Below are positions 46,596 through 56,330 of a DNA stretch of 64,000 bases, piece after piece. This DNA is from Gammaproteobacteria bacterium (GTDB lineage: Bacteria > Pseudomonadota > Gammaproteobacteria > QZLD01). The DNA is taken from NCBI GenBank assembly GCA_004796365.1, contig QZLE01000074.1, positions 12,028 through 76,027 on the forward strand, read 5' to 3'. How positions within the stretch are numbered: position 1 is the stretch's first letter; each line of letters starts with the position of its first letter. A program made the position numbers and the translations under genes. The notes below the pieces were generated by a model, which saw nothing but the letters and a program-made list of their open reading frames with translations, had not been told where the DNA came from and made no database searches.

Positions 46596-47987
46596 ATGCA
46601 AATTGCGCTATTAAAGCTTTCTAACAAAGAAATTCCTGGAATTGAAGAACATAAACACATTTTTATAACAGAATTTATTTCAGCAGATAATATACTTGAA
46701 TCTGATATCAAGTTTGATGTGGTTTTGATAATCAGCAATATTGAAAATGAAATTATATCTACAACCAAGGAATTGCGCTCAGAAAATCACCTGATACCCA
46801 TCTTTGTTTCAACCGGGCTGGAAAAAAACAAGCTCAAATACAATGCATACATTGACGGCTATTATGAAAGCTTCGAGGATTTTTATTCCAAATGCAGTTC
46901 TATAATTGAAATCGGAAACAGCCTAATAAACCGCGGAGTTAATGATCAGGACAATAAAATCCTGGAATTTCTGCTCTGCAGGCCAGACTACGTTGCACAA
47001 CCTATTAAAGATTGGAAATCCCGCAAAATATACACTTACCCTATTCTCAATGTTTTTGCTGATGAAGGCACCGATACAGAGCAATGGATGCAAACACTGC
47101 ATAATCGCGACCTTATTGCCCAGGTTGAACTAGTTGGCCGTATTAGAGAATGTCCATTTTGTGGTTCGGCTCACCTTATGTTTGTGGATATATGCCCTAA
47201 TTGCCAAAGTATTGATATCGTAAACGTGCCATTTATTCACTGCTTTACTTGCGGGAACATTGAGCCACAGGAAAAATTTATTTCTGGAGATAGCCTTAAC
47301 TGTCCGCGCTGCATGACACACTTACGCCATATAGGAGTTGATTACGACAGACCACTGGAAAATCACTTATGCAATAGCTGTGGTCATATTTTTGAAGAAC
47401 CAAACGTTATAGCTAATTGTGCTGAATGCGGAAATAACTCAAAATCTGAAGAATTGATCACGATTGAAAAATATAGTTTTCAGTTATCCGAGCACGGCAA
47501 GGTTGTCACTCAGCACGATAATATTTCAGATGTAATTAAAATTCTGGATAACATAAATTATGCGCACCTACCATACTTTCAGTTTATAACTAACTGGTTG
47601 ATATCAATGTATAAACGTCAAAATGATATGAACTTTAGTATAGTTGGTCTTAACCTGGACAATATGGCGCAGTTGATTAACACCATCGGCAGAGGCAAGG
47701 CCTCAATGATCCTCCACGGATTTGCTGAAAGTCTGCGCAAACTTGTGCGCACATCAGATATATGCACCAGAAGCTCTGAGACACATTTTTGGTTATTACT
47801 GCCTCAGACCGATAGCAAGGGTTGTGAACAGTTTATAAAACGCCTAAACGATATTAAGCATGTTTCGGAACATGAAGGTGGCGAAGCCCTATCCTTTACC
47901 ATCGAATCATACAGCAGTGATAAGGACTTCGATCAAGATGAGACTTCGGAATTAATTATGGCAGCTCTCAGTTCTAGGCTTTCTTAA
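46596..47987 (+). CDS. Three zinc-ribbons plus a degenerate GGDEF domain with an intact RxxD I-site (candidate c-di-GMP receptor)
   Basis: 463 aa. Six CxxC pairs lie between aa 186 and 278: CPFC, CPNC, CFTC, CPRC, CNSC and CAEC. The C-terminal block FSIVGLNLDNMAQLINTIGRGKASMILHGFAESLRKLVRTSDICTRSSETHFWLLLPQT aligns to a GGDEF domain. The signature is replaced by SETHF, while RTSD sits at the canonical I-site spacing. Confidence 0.6.
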   Translation: MQIALLKLSNKEIPGIEEHKHIFITEFISADNILESDIKFDVVLIISNIENEIISTTKELRSENHLIPIFVSTGLEKNKLKYNAYIDGYYESFEDFYSKCSSIIEIGNSLINRGVNDQDNKILEFLLCRPDYVAQPIKDWKSRKIYTYPILNVFADEGTDTEQWMQTLHNRDLIAQVELVGRIRECPFCGSAHLMFVDICPNCQSIDIVNVPFIHCFTCGNIEPQEKFISGDSLNCPRCMTHLRHIGVDYDRPLENHLCNSCGHIFEEPNVIANCAECGNNSKSEELITIEKYSFQLSEHGKVVTQHDNISDVIKILDNINYAHLPYFQFITNWLISMYKRQNDMNFSIVGLNLDNMAQLINTIGRGKASMILHGFAESLRKLVRTSDICTRSSETHFWLLLPQTDSKGCEQFIKRLNDIKHVSEHEGGEALSFTIESYSSDKDFDQDETSELIMAALSSRLS

Positions 47988-48371
47988 CAATTATCCTGAT
48001 TGACTGGTAAGAATCTTGTAACAGCAGGATATTCAGCTACAAACCAATACTAAGCAAAATTAGATACTGCGCAATAAACTTAAAAAAGAACTCCCATTTC
48101 TCTGCAGTTATAGAGATTCTGTCCCAAAGCCAAATCAACAAAGTTCCGCTAACTCGGTCAGTACGCTTGGTATAGAACCCAAAGGTATTATTATCGAACT
48201 TGTTACTGAACTCGATTTTCATGATGATTTCATAGTTAATGACCTACTGGTGACTGTCAAATTTAATATGAATGTTTGGGACACTAATGAGCACGCATGA
48301 TATAATCTTCTATAAATTAACAAGTTAAGCAAACATAAAATAGTGCTTATATTGTAATAATAAATAAAATA

Positions 48372-48391
48372 CTGTAACAATTGTGTAACAC
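48372..48391 (+). promoter_or_regulatory. Pho box upstream of phoB
   Basis: CTGTAACAATTGTGTAACAC contains two TGTAACA heptamers (48373 and 48384) spaced 11 bp apart, like the E. coli CTGTCAT-N4-CTGTCAT Pho box. TATAGT at 48395..48400 lies downstream of it. Confidence 0.55.
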
Positions 48392-48438
48392 GGGTATAGT
48401 TCAATGCAACACTCTGTAATTCTTTGTAGGAAAGTGTG

Positions 48439-49122
48439 ATGCAAATTCGTCTGTTAGTGGTTGAAGATGAACAACCAATTCGCGAAATGTTAAAAATGGT
48501 TTTATCATATCAAAATATGATTATTATCGAAGCAGAAACAGGTAATGCTGCTCTGGAAATATTAAAAACAGAGCCTGTCGATTTAATGTTACTTGATTGG
48601 ATGTTGCCGGACATTAGCGGTATTGAAATTGCAAAAAGAATAAAATCAAACTCCAATCTTTCCAAAATACCTGTAATCATGCTTACAGCTAAAGGTGAAG
48701 AGGATGACAAAATCAGAGGCCTTGAGTGCGGGGCTGATGATTATGTTACCAAACCATTTTCACCCAAAGAGCTTACTGCAAGAATCAAAGCGGTTTTAAG
48801 AAGGGTTAATCCGAGTAAGGACGATAAAGAGATCAGTTTTGAAAACATCAGGCTCGACCCGAAAAGTCATGCAGTAACAGTTTCCGATCAAAATGTTAAA
48901 CTAGGTCCTCTGGAGTTTAAATTACTTCATTTCTTCCTTACTCATCAAAACAAAGTCTACAGCAGAGAGCAGCTATTGGACAATGTATGGGGTACCAATG
49001 TATTCGTTGAAGAAAGAACCGTAGATGTGCATATACGACGTTTACGTAAAGCGATTAGTGTTAATGGTGCTGACCAATTCATTAAAACAATTAGAGGCGC
49101 TGGTTATATTTTTGCATCATGA
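48439..49122 (+). CDS. phoB: Phosphate regulon response regulator PhoB
   Basis: REC LLVVEDE..LMLLDWMLPDISG..VTKPF; OmpR-type winged helix RTVDVHIRRLRKAI..IKTIRGAGY. ATG 48439 is preceded by GGAAAG; the track starts at GTG 48436. Confidence 0.92.
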   Translation: MQIRLLVVEDEQPIREMLKMVLSYQNMIIIEAETGNAALEILKTEPVDLMLLDWMLPDISGIEIAKRIKSNSNLSKIPVIMLTAKGEEDDKIRGLECGADDYVTKPFSPKELTARIKAVLRRVNPSKDDKEISFENIRLDPKSHAVTVSDQNVKLGPLEFKLLHFFLTHQNKVYSREQLLDNVWGTNVFVEERTVDVHIRRLRKAISVNGADQFIKTIRGAGYIFAS

Positions 49123-50408
49123 TAATTGATAAAAACCCGTGGCCATTTCTAATACTTAAACATCTGATCTATTTAGCTGTAGCTGTAGGAATAGGAGCAT
49201 TCTTTGGCTTAGAACAACTAGCTGCGATTATTGTACTTTCCATTATTCTTATAATTTTGTTTTCAAGAATGTATATTCTCGATCGCTGGTTGCGAACTAG
49301 TAGAATGACAAGCCCTCCTGAGGCACCTGGCATTTGGGGTGATATCTTAGACCAAATTCATAACCTGCGGCAGCGCGATAAGAAAAGGGCGCATAATTTG
49401 TCCAGGATCGTTAAACGTTTTGAATCTTCTGCACTTGCATTACCGGACGGAGTTGTTGGTATTGATGCCGAAGGTGAAATGGAATGGTGGAATGAAACTG
49501 CAGCTTTACTACTTGGCCTAAAACGCAAACAGGATAAAGGACAGAGAATAGATAATTTAATTCGAAACCCTGAATTCGTGCAATTTTACCGCCAGACAAA
49601 TCACGAAAAACCTATTCACATCCCCTCCCCCGTCAACAATGAAATAATTATGGAAATCAGGGTTGTTGACTATGGACTAAAAGAGCAAATAATAATTGTT
49701 CGAGATATCAGTGATGCTATACGCACACAACAAATGAGAAAGGACTTTGTGGCAAACGTTTCACATGAGCTGCGCACTCCCCTTACAGTTCTAAATGGTA
49801 CAACTGAACTGCTTTATGATTCAGCACATGCGTTGCCAGAACAGATGGGCAAGCCAATTGAGCTTATGAACCAGCAAACCAAGCGCATGACTTCCATCGT
49901 TAATGATTTATTGACCTTATCCAGACTCGAAACTGAGTCTAGCGAGGCCCATTTCGAAGATATTAAGATGAAAGGATTCATCGAAACACTGCAAAAAGAA
50001 GCGAAAGCACTTAGCGGTGATTCAAAGCATGAAATTATTTGTGAAATTGATGCAGAGCTCCATTTTAAGGGTAATCTGCATGAAATTACCAGCTGCTTTA
50101 CCAACCTTGTGAGTAACGCGATAAGACACACCCCGAAAAATGGTAAAATTATTATTCGCTGGTACAAAAAAGAAGGTGATAAATGCTTTGAAGTCCAAGA
50201 TAACGGATTTGGTATTGCACCCGAGCACATCCCCAGATTAACAGAAAGGTTTTATCGTGTTGATGCAGGAAGATCTCGCGATACCGGGGGCACCGGACTA
50301 GGTCTTTCTATTGTAAAAAGAATCCTTATTCGTCATAACGCCACCCTAGAAATTGAGAGTATTGAAGGTGCTGGGAGCACCTTTAGATGCCGGTTTAAAA
50401 ACCAGTAA
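49119..50408 (+). CDS. phoR: Phosphate regulon sensor kinase PhoR
   Basis: 429 aa with two N-terminal TM helices and a PAS domain. H-box ANVSHELRTPLTVL; G-box [18 protein letters not shown] overlap with phoB. Confidence 0.9.
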   Translation: MIIDKNPWPFLILKHLIYLAVAVGIGAFFGLEQLAAIIVLSIILIILFSRMYILDRWLRTSRMTSPPEAPGIWGDILDQIHNLRQRDKKRAHNLSRIVKRFESSALALPDGVVGIDAEGEMEWWNETAALLLGLKRKQDKGQRIDNLIRNPEFVQFYRQTNHEKPIHIPSPVNNEIIMEIRVVDYGLKEQIIIVRDISDAIRTQQMRKDFVANVSHELRTPLTVLNGTTELLYDSAHALPEQMGKPIELMNQQTKRMTSIVNDLLTLSRLETESSEAHFEDIKMKGFIETLQKEAKALSGDSKHEIICEIDAELHFKGNLHEITSCFTNLVSNAIRHTPKNGKIIIRWYKKEGDKCFEVQDNGFGIAPEHIPRLTERFYRVDAGRSRDTGGTGLGLSIVKRILIRHNATLEIESIEGAGSTFRCRFKNQ

Positions 50409-50422
50409 GATTTTGAAAATCG

Positions 50423-50513
50423 TGTAGTAATTCACAGTGTAATAAATTATTTACAGCATGTAATATATTTGTAACACAAATGTAACAAAATCTTCACACC
50501 TCAGAAACATAAT
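50423..50513 (+). promoter_or_regulatory. Phased Pho-box array and -10 element upstream of pstS
   Basis: Heptamers are TGTAGTA 50423, TGTAATA 50438, TGTAATA 50459, TGTAACA 50470, TGTAACA 50481 and CTTCACA 50492. The last four are in strict 11-bp phase, which equals two tandem Pho boxes. CATAAT (50508..50513) lies 9 nt after the last heptamer. Confidence 0.6.
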
Positions 50514-50549
50514 CAGTTTCTACATTAACATCGCACAAGGAGAAAGTTT

Positions 50550-51521
50550 ATGCGAATTTTTAAAGTGGCATGCGCTACAGTTCTATCAGCTACTATGGCA
50601 GTAAGCGCTTATGCAGGACCAAAGGTAGATGCAAATCTTCCTATGTATAAGAAGGCAAGTGGTATCTCTGGAAATATTTCCAGTGTTGGTTCTGACACTC
50701 TTGCTAACCTTATGACCTTCTGGGCAGAAGACTTTAAAAAAGAATATCCTAATGTAAACATCCAAATTCAAGCGGCAGGTTCGTCTACTGCTCCTCCAGC
50801 ACTTACAGAGCAAACTTCTAACTTTGGCCCAATGAGCCGTAAAATGAAGGACAAAGAAGTACAGGCTTTCGAAGAAAAGCACGGATATAAACCAACTCCA
50901 ATCCGCGTTGCAATTGACGCACTTGCAGTTTTTGTAAACAAAGACAACCCAATCAAAGGCATGTCTATCGATCAAGTAGATGCAGTATTCTCTAGCACAA
51001 GAAAGTGCGGATACCCTGACCAAGTTAGTAAATGGGGTGATCTAGGTCTTACTGGTGAGTGGGCAAATAAAGGCATCCAGCTATTTGGTCGTAACTCGGT
51101 TTCTGGTACATACGGTTACTTCAAGAAGAAAGCTCTATGTAAGGGAGACTACAAAAACAATGTAAACGAGCAGCCAGGTTCAGCTTCTGTAGTTCAATCT
51201 GTTAGTACATCTATGAACGGTATTGGTTACTCTGGAATTGGTTATAAGTCAGCAGGTGTTAAAGCTGTTGCGCTAACCAAAAAAGGTACTGACTATGTAG
51301 AAGCTACTCCAGATAATGCACTAGCTGGTAAGTACCCTCTTTCAAGATTTCTTTATGTTTATGTAAATAAGCATCCTAATAAAGAACTATCTCCACTTGA
51401 AAGAGAGTTCATCAAGCTTGTTCTTTCTAAGCAAGGTCAAAAAATCGTTGCTAAGGACGGATACATTCCACTTCCAAATAAAGTTGCTGCAAAAGAACTA
51501 GAGAAGCTTGGAATTAAGTAA
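50550..51521 (+). CDS. pstS: Phosphate ABC transporter substrate-binding protein PstS
   Basis: 323 aa with the signal peptide [12 protein letters not shown] and the motifs [18 protein letters not shown] and SGTYGYF. It is the first gene of pstSCAB-phoU. Confidence 0.9.
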   Translation: MRIFKVACATVLSATMAVSAYAGPKVDANLPMYKKASGISGNISSVGSDTLANLMTFWAEDFKKEYPNVNIQIQAAGSSTAPPALTEQTSNFGPMSRKMKDKEVQAFEEKHGYKPTPIRVAIDALAVFVNKDNPIKGMSIDQVDAVFSSTRKCGYPDQVSKWGDLGLTGEWANKGIQLFGRNSVSGTYGYFKKKALCKGDYKNNVNEQPGSASVVQSVSTSMNGIGYSGIGYKSAGVKAVALTKKGTDYVEATPDNALAGKYPLSRFLYVYVNKHPNKELSPLEREFIKLVLSKQGQKIVAKDGYIPLPNKVAAKELEKLGIK

Positions 51522-51533
51522 ACTAAGTAATAT

Positions 51534-51563
51534 AATCCGGGTGGCATTAACGCCTCCCGGATT
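51534..51563 (+). promoter_or_regulatory. Intercistronic hairpin between pstS and pstC
   Basis: AATCCGGG (51534..51541) pairs with CCCGGATT (51556..51563) around a 14-nt loop. It starts 13 nt after the pstS stop and has no U-tract. Confidence 0.5.
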
Positions 51564-51573
51564 AAAGACATTT

Positions 51574-53817
51574 ATGAAACAAGATAACTCTTCCCCCGAT
51601 CTAAATCTGGCCAAAACTTTTTCAATAAGAAATGTTAGAGATCTTATTACGCAAATAATAGTTTATGCCGGAGGAGGATCCGTTTTTATCGCCCTGGGCC
51701 TGATATTTGTTTACCTGGGAATTGAAGTTGTACCTCTATTTCAGGATATTGACTTATCCGATAACACCGCAAAATTCGACAGTTCAACAGAGCTTGTCCA
51801 TTTATCACTTGAAGAGCAAAACGAAGTAGCTTTGACCCTTCACAAATCCGGTACGCTACGTTTTATAGAAATTGATACGGGCAAAATCATTTCAGAACAG
51901 CCTATTTCCGAACAAAAGCCGGTTTCAGAACAACAAGTAATAGCTGCTCACACCTTAAAAGAATCGTCAAATGTATATGTTCTCGCAGCTTTTGCGGACG
52001 GAACTGCTTTGTTGGTTAAGCCCGAATATAAGAGTATTTATTCTACAAATACCAAGAGAACTATTTTACCTTCAATTACTTATCCGCTTGGCAAAGATCC
52101 TCTCAAGCTACATGATCTGGATAAAAAGATCGCGAATATCGCATTCCAAGTAAATGAAGAGCAGGTCACCATTGTTTCCACCTCATCAAACGAACTATTT
52201 CTTACCAAACTGTTAAAGCAGGAATCATTCTATGACGACAGTATTAGTTGGGAAAAATCTCAAGTATCTAAAACAATAGAAATCGCTCCTGATTATGTGT
52301 TTGCCGATCAGAGCCTGCAAAACATTGTGGTTTTAGATGAAACAGGTAGATATTTAAATTTCGACAAAGAGCTTTCTTTAAGAAAAGATGGTGACTTCCT
52401 GCAAGATGATAAACTTATAGTCACAACTGCACAGGCATTATCTGCCGGTAGTTCACTCTTGATAGCAGACAGCAGCAAAAAAATCACGCAATGGTTTCCG
52501 GTAAGAAATAAAAGCAATGTATTTGAGTATACTAAGATCCGTGACTTTGAATTTGACGGCACTATCAACACAATTGTACCTGAATATTCACGTAAGGTAG
52601 CATATGCATATGGTGATAATGGAATTGTATCAGTATTACACGCCACTTCTGGTCAGGTACTGATAGCCAAAAAACTCGCACAAGCCAACATTGATATTCT
52701 AGCAATAAGTCCACGTTCCAATGCTGTTCTTGTTAAGAGTGAAAGTTCAATATCCTTGTTTGATGTACATAATGAGCACCCTGAATTTTCCATGTCATCT
52801 ATATGGAGCAAGGTGTGGTACGAAGGGTATGAAAAACCTGAGTTCATCTGGCAGTCATCCTCATCATCAAATGATTTTGAGCCAAAATTCAGCTTTATGC
52901 CTCTGGCATTTGGTACCCTTAAAGCAGCATTTTATGCGATGTTATTCGCTACCCCGATAGGTGTATTAGCAGGGGCATATACTGCATATTTTATGAGCCC
53001 AAGACTTCGTAAAGTCGTAAAGCCAACGGTTGAGATTATGGCTGCACTACCAACCGTTATTCTTGGGTTCCTGGCAGGGCTGTGGTTAGCGCCCTTCATT
53101 GAAAGCAATTTGCCCGGGATATTTACTGCGCCAATTGTCGTCTTGGTCGGGGTTATAGTACTCTCATTTGTTTGGACGATTATCCCTAAGACCATTCGAA
53201 ACTATATTCCGGAAGGCTATGAAATTCTGCTTCTTATTCCAGTGATTATTATCCTTATATGGTTGCCATTTTATTTCAGTCCTTTACTAGAAATTGCATT
53301 ATTCGACGGTAATACAAGACAATGGCTGACAGATGATATGGGCATTGACTTCGATCAGCGTAATTCCATTATTATTGGTATTACTATGGGTATTGCTGTT
53401 ATCCCAAATATATTCTCTATAACCGAAGATGCTGTTTTTGGTGTACCAAAATCGCTGACCAATGGTTCTTTGGCGCTAGGGGCTACTCACTGGCAAACCA
53501 TGACTAGAGTTATTATTCTAACTGCTAGCCCTGCTATCTTTTCAGCCATTATGATTGGAATGGGCAGAGCCATCGGCGAAACCATGATTGTGCTTATGGC
53601 GACTGGTAACACCCCGATTATGGATTTCAACATCTTTGAAGGAATGAGAACTCTGGCCGCTAATATTGCAGTTGAAATGCCTGAAGCTGAAGTTGGTAGT
53701 ACTCACTTCAGACTTCTGTTCTTATCTGCATTTACCCTTTTCATTCTGACGTTTATCTTTAACACCATGTCTGAAATTATTAGCACCAGACTCAGAAACA
53801 AATACAGTAACTTGTAA
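51574..53817 (+). CDS. pstC: Phosphate ABC transporter permease PstC, long form
   Basis: The track ORF starts at 51508, upstream of and spanning the hairpin; ATG 51574 (MKQDNSS) lies downstream of the hairpin. One TM helix is followed by a roughly 400-aa extracytoplasmic insert and then the canonical PstC core, including the EAA-like region GSLALGATHWQTMTRVIL. Confidence 0.85.
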   Translation: MKQDNSSPDLNLAKTFSIRNVRDLITQIIVYAGGGSVFIALGLIFVYLGIEVVPLFQDIDLSDNTAKFDSSTELVHLSLEEQNEVALTLHKSGTLRFIEIDTGKIISEQPISEQKPVSEQQVIAAHTLKESSNVYVLAAFADGTALLVKPEYKSIYSTNTKRTILPSITYPLGKDPLKLHDLDKKIANIAFQVNEEQVTIVSTSSNELFLTKLLKQESFYDDSISWEKSQVSKTIEIAPDYVFADQSLQNIVVLDETGRYLNFDKELSLRKDGDFLQDDKLIVTTAQALSAGSSLLIADSSKKITQWFPVRNKSNVFEYTKIRDFEFDGTINTIVPEYSRKVAYAYGDNGIVSVLHATSGQVLIAKKLAQANIDILAISPRSNAVLVKSESSISLFDVHNEHPEFSMSSIWSKVWYEGYEKPEFIWQSSSSSNDFEPKFSFMPLAFGTLKAAFYAMLFATPIGVLAGAYTAYFMSPRLRKVVKPTVEIMAALPTVILGFLAGLWLAPFIESNLPGIFTAPIVVLVGVIVLSFVWTIIPKTIRNYIPEGYEILLLIPVIIILIWLPFYFSPLLEIALFDGNTRQWLTDDMGIDFDQRNSIIIGITMGIAVIPNIFSITEDAVFGVPKSLTNGSLALGATHWQTMTRVIILTASPAIFSAIMIGMGRAIGETMIVLMATGNTPIMDFNIFEGMRTLAANIAVEMPEAEVGSTHFRLLFLSAFTLFILTFIFNTMSEIISTRLRNKYSNL

Positions 53818-53819
53818 TT

Positions 53820-55454
53820 ATGAATAAACTAATTGATTGGTATAAAGAAGGAACCCCGTTTTTATGGGTCTGTGCTGCGGCTATTGCTCTATCAGTTATT
53901 CTGGTTCTGGGTATCGTCGGATTTATTGGTTATCAGTCGCTAAGTCACTTTTGGCCAAGCAATACGCATCTCATTACCCTGCAAAATGAAAGCGGACAGA
54001 AATCCAAGATAGTAGCCGAATACTATCAGTCCAAAAATAAGGTATCACCAGCTGGAAAATACAAAGATATCCTTCTTAAAACCGGAAACAGAGATATTTT
54101 CGGCCTGGATTTCAGATGGGTAAAAGATTCAAGCATTACTGCCTCGGAACTAGCTGACAAATACATTACTTTTGAACGCAGAGAGTGGGGTAATCTTTAC
54201 GGCATAGCTACAAAGATTGTTGAGACATCATCTGATACTGAACTACCAGGCGATTTATGGGGTAATCTTCAGGATAAAATTACCGAAACCTCTCAGATTC
54301 ACCATCAGATTGAAAAGATTCAGAATATTGAAATTGGTGCTATTAACTATGAAATGGAACAAATCCGCCTTCACAAACGCTCGCTTGAACTAAGAGACGA
54401 ATTGACTGAAATGGCTATAGCTGAGGCCAAACTTGAAGTTGAGCAGTTAGATCTGCAATATAATGAATTAAATAATAAATTGACTAAGCTAAGTGACGAT
54501 CTAAACAAATATTCACTATATGTTGATGTTTTTTCAGATAATGGATCAAAAACCATTAAAATCAAGGTTTCCAGTATTGTTCGAGCTTACACACCAAATA
54601 ACATCGGCACCTTTGAAAAAATATCCATCTATATTGACAGGATTGATGAATACATCTTCGACAGCCCAAGAGAAGCCAATACTGAAGGCGGTGTTTTTCC
54701 TGCAATTTTTGGAACAGTGTTGATGGTATTTATTATGACCATCTTTGTGACACCTTTTGGGATATTGGCAGCCATATATCTACGTGAGTATTCAAAGCAG
54801 AATGTTTTCACCAGAATTATCAGAATATCCGTTGTGAATCTAGCTGGTGTACCGTCAGTCGTTTATGGTGTATTTGGCCTAGGTTTTTTTGTTTATATCT
54901 TAGGCGGCGAGATCGATGCTCTGTTTTATCCTGAAGCACTACCTTCTCCTACATTTGGTACACCAGGCATTCTATGGGCTTCAATAACTCTTGCGCTCCT
55001 AACACTTCCGGTTGTTATTGTTTCAACCGAAGAAGGACTTGCTCGTATCCCGCGTGCATTTAAGGAAGGCAGCCTTGCTCTAGGTGCAACCAAATCTGAA
55101 ACCTTGTGGAAAGTGATAATACCTATTTCAACGCCGGCACTAATAACCGGTATGATTCTAGCTATAGCGCGTGCAGCTGGCGAAGTTGCACCATTGATGC
55201 TAGTTGGTGTTGTAAAACTAGCTCCTTCTCTTCCACTGGATGGTAACTTCCCATATTTGCACATGGATAGAAAGTTTATGCACCTTGGATTTCACATCTA
55301 TGATGTTGGTTTCCAGAGCCCTAATGTTGAGGCGGCAAGACCTCTGGTTTTTGCAACAGCATTTTTATTAATTGCCATAATTATTTTCCTTAACCTATTC
55401 GCATTTTCACTGCGCAACAGATTAAGAGAAAAATACAAATCAATAGCAGGTTAA
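53820..55454 (+). CDS. pstA: Phosphate ABC transporter permease PstA, long form
   Basis: 544 aa. TM1 is followed by a roughly 270-aa insert with a coiled-coil stretch and then the PstA core, including EGSLALGATKSETLWKVIIP. Confidence 0.85.
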   Translation: MNKLIDWYKEGTPFLWVCAAAIALSVILVLGIVGFIGYQSLSHFWPSNTHLITLQNESGQKSKIVAEYYQSKNKVSPAGKYKDILLKTGNRDIFGLDFRWVKDSSITASELADKYITFERREWGNLYGIATKIVETSSDTELPGDLWGNLQDKITETSQIHHQIEKIQNIEIGAINYEMEQIRLHKRSLELRDELTEMAIAEAKLEVEQLDLQYNELNNKLTKLSDDLNKYSLYVDVFSDNGSKTIKIKVSSIVRAYTPNNIGTFEKISIYIDRIDEYIFDSPREANTEGGVFPAIFGTVLMVFIMTIFVTPFGILAAIYLREYSKQNVFTRIIRISVVNLAGVPSVVYGVFGLGFFVYILGGEIDALFYPEALPSPTFGTPGILWASITLALLTLPVVIVSTEEGLARIPRAFKEGSLALGATKSETLWKVIIPISTPALITGMILAIARAAGEVAPLMLVGVVKLAPSLPLDGNFPYLHMDRKFMHLGFHIYDVGFQSPNVEAARPLVFATAFLLIAIIIFLNLFAFSLRNRLREKYKSIAG

Positions 55455-55457
55455 ACA

Positions 55458-56321
55458 ATGAGCGATGTAAATACAGCGAATGCTGAGACCCAGTCAGAAC
55501 AGGATATTGTAATCAAAACTTCCCTTGCATCTGATAAGATGGATGCAATAAACGAACTTGCTGATGAAACAATAGCATTTACTGCTGATAAGCTGAACTT
55601 GTTCTATGGTGATAGCCAGGCCCTGAATGATATCGATATTCAAATACCCGAAAAAAAGGTAACCGCTTTCATTGGTCCAAGTGGCTGCGGTAAATCTACC
55701 CTGCTTAGATGCTTCAACAGAATGAATGACTTGATTGATGATGTAACCATCAAAGGTGACATTAAGCTATATGGCCAAGATATTTATGAGCGAAATGTAG
55801 ATGTAGCAGCCCTAAGAAGAAAAGTTGGAATGGTATTCCAGAAGCCAAACCCTTTCCCTAAAACTATTTATGAAAATGTAGCATACGGACTGCGTATCCA
55901 GGGAATAAAAAGTAAGCGCGTTATCGATGAAATTGTAGAAAAATCTCTAAAAGGCGCTGCTCTTTGGGATGAGGTTAAAGACAGACTGAATCAAAGTGCA
56001 CTTGGGTTGTCCGGTGGTCAGCAACAACGACTAGTGATCGCAAGAGCTATTGCGATTCAACCATCTGTTTTACTGCTTGATGAGCCTGCTTCAGCACTTG
56101 ACCCAATCTCAACATTGAAAATTGAAGAGTTGATCAATGATCTTAAGAATGAATTTACTATAGTTATAGTAACGCATAATATGCAGCAGGCCGCACGTGT
56201 ATCAGACTACACTGCGTTCATGTACATGGGTGATATTATTGAATTTACCGATACAAAGACGATATTCACTACACCAAAGAACCAACAAACAGAAGACTAT
56301 ATAACTGGACGATACGGATAA
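55458..56321 (+). CDS. pstB: Phosphate ABC transporter ATP-binding protein PstB
   Basis: Walker [10 protein letters not shown], signature LSGGQQQRL, Walker [14 protein letters not shown]-loop VTHNMQQA. Confidence 0.95.
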   Translation: MSDVNTANAETQSEQDIVIKTSLASDKMDAINELADETIAFTADKLNLFYGDSQALNDIDIQIPEKKVTAFIGPSGCGKSTLLRCFNRMNDLIDDVTIKGDIKLYGQDIYERNVDVAALRRKVGMVFQKPNPFPKTIYENVAYGLRIQGIKSKRVIDEIVEKSLKGAALWDEVKDRLNQSALGLSGGQQQRLVIARAIAIQPSVLLLDEPASALDPISTLKIEELINDLKNEFTIVIVTHNMQQAARVSDYTAFMYMGDIIEFTDTKTIFTTPKNQQTEDYITGRYG

Positions 56322-56330
56322 GGATAAATT

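Noticed and set aside
48037-48404. Two 61-aa minus-strand ORFs in the 450-nt gap upstream of phoB
   Set aside because: Neither has a convincing Shine-Dalgarno, their composition is low-complexity and AT-driven, and one overlaps the Pho box and promoter region of phoB. The gap is long, though, and could hold an unrecognised small RNA.
50586-51023. A 145-aa minus-strand ORF, plus 50768..50962
   Set aside because: Both lie entirely antisense to the well-supported pstS gene, are Cys/Phe-rich in an implausible way, and have no start context.
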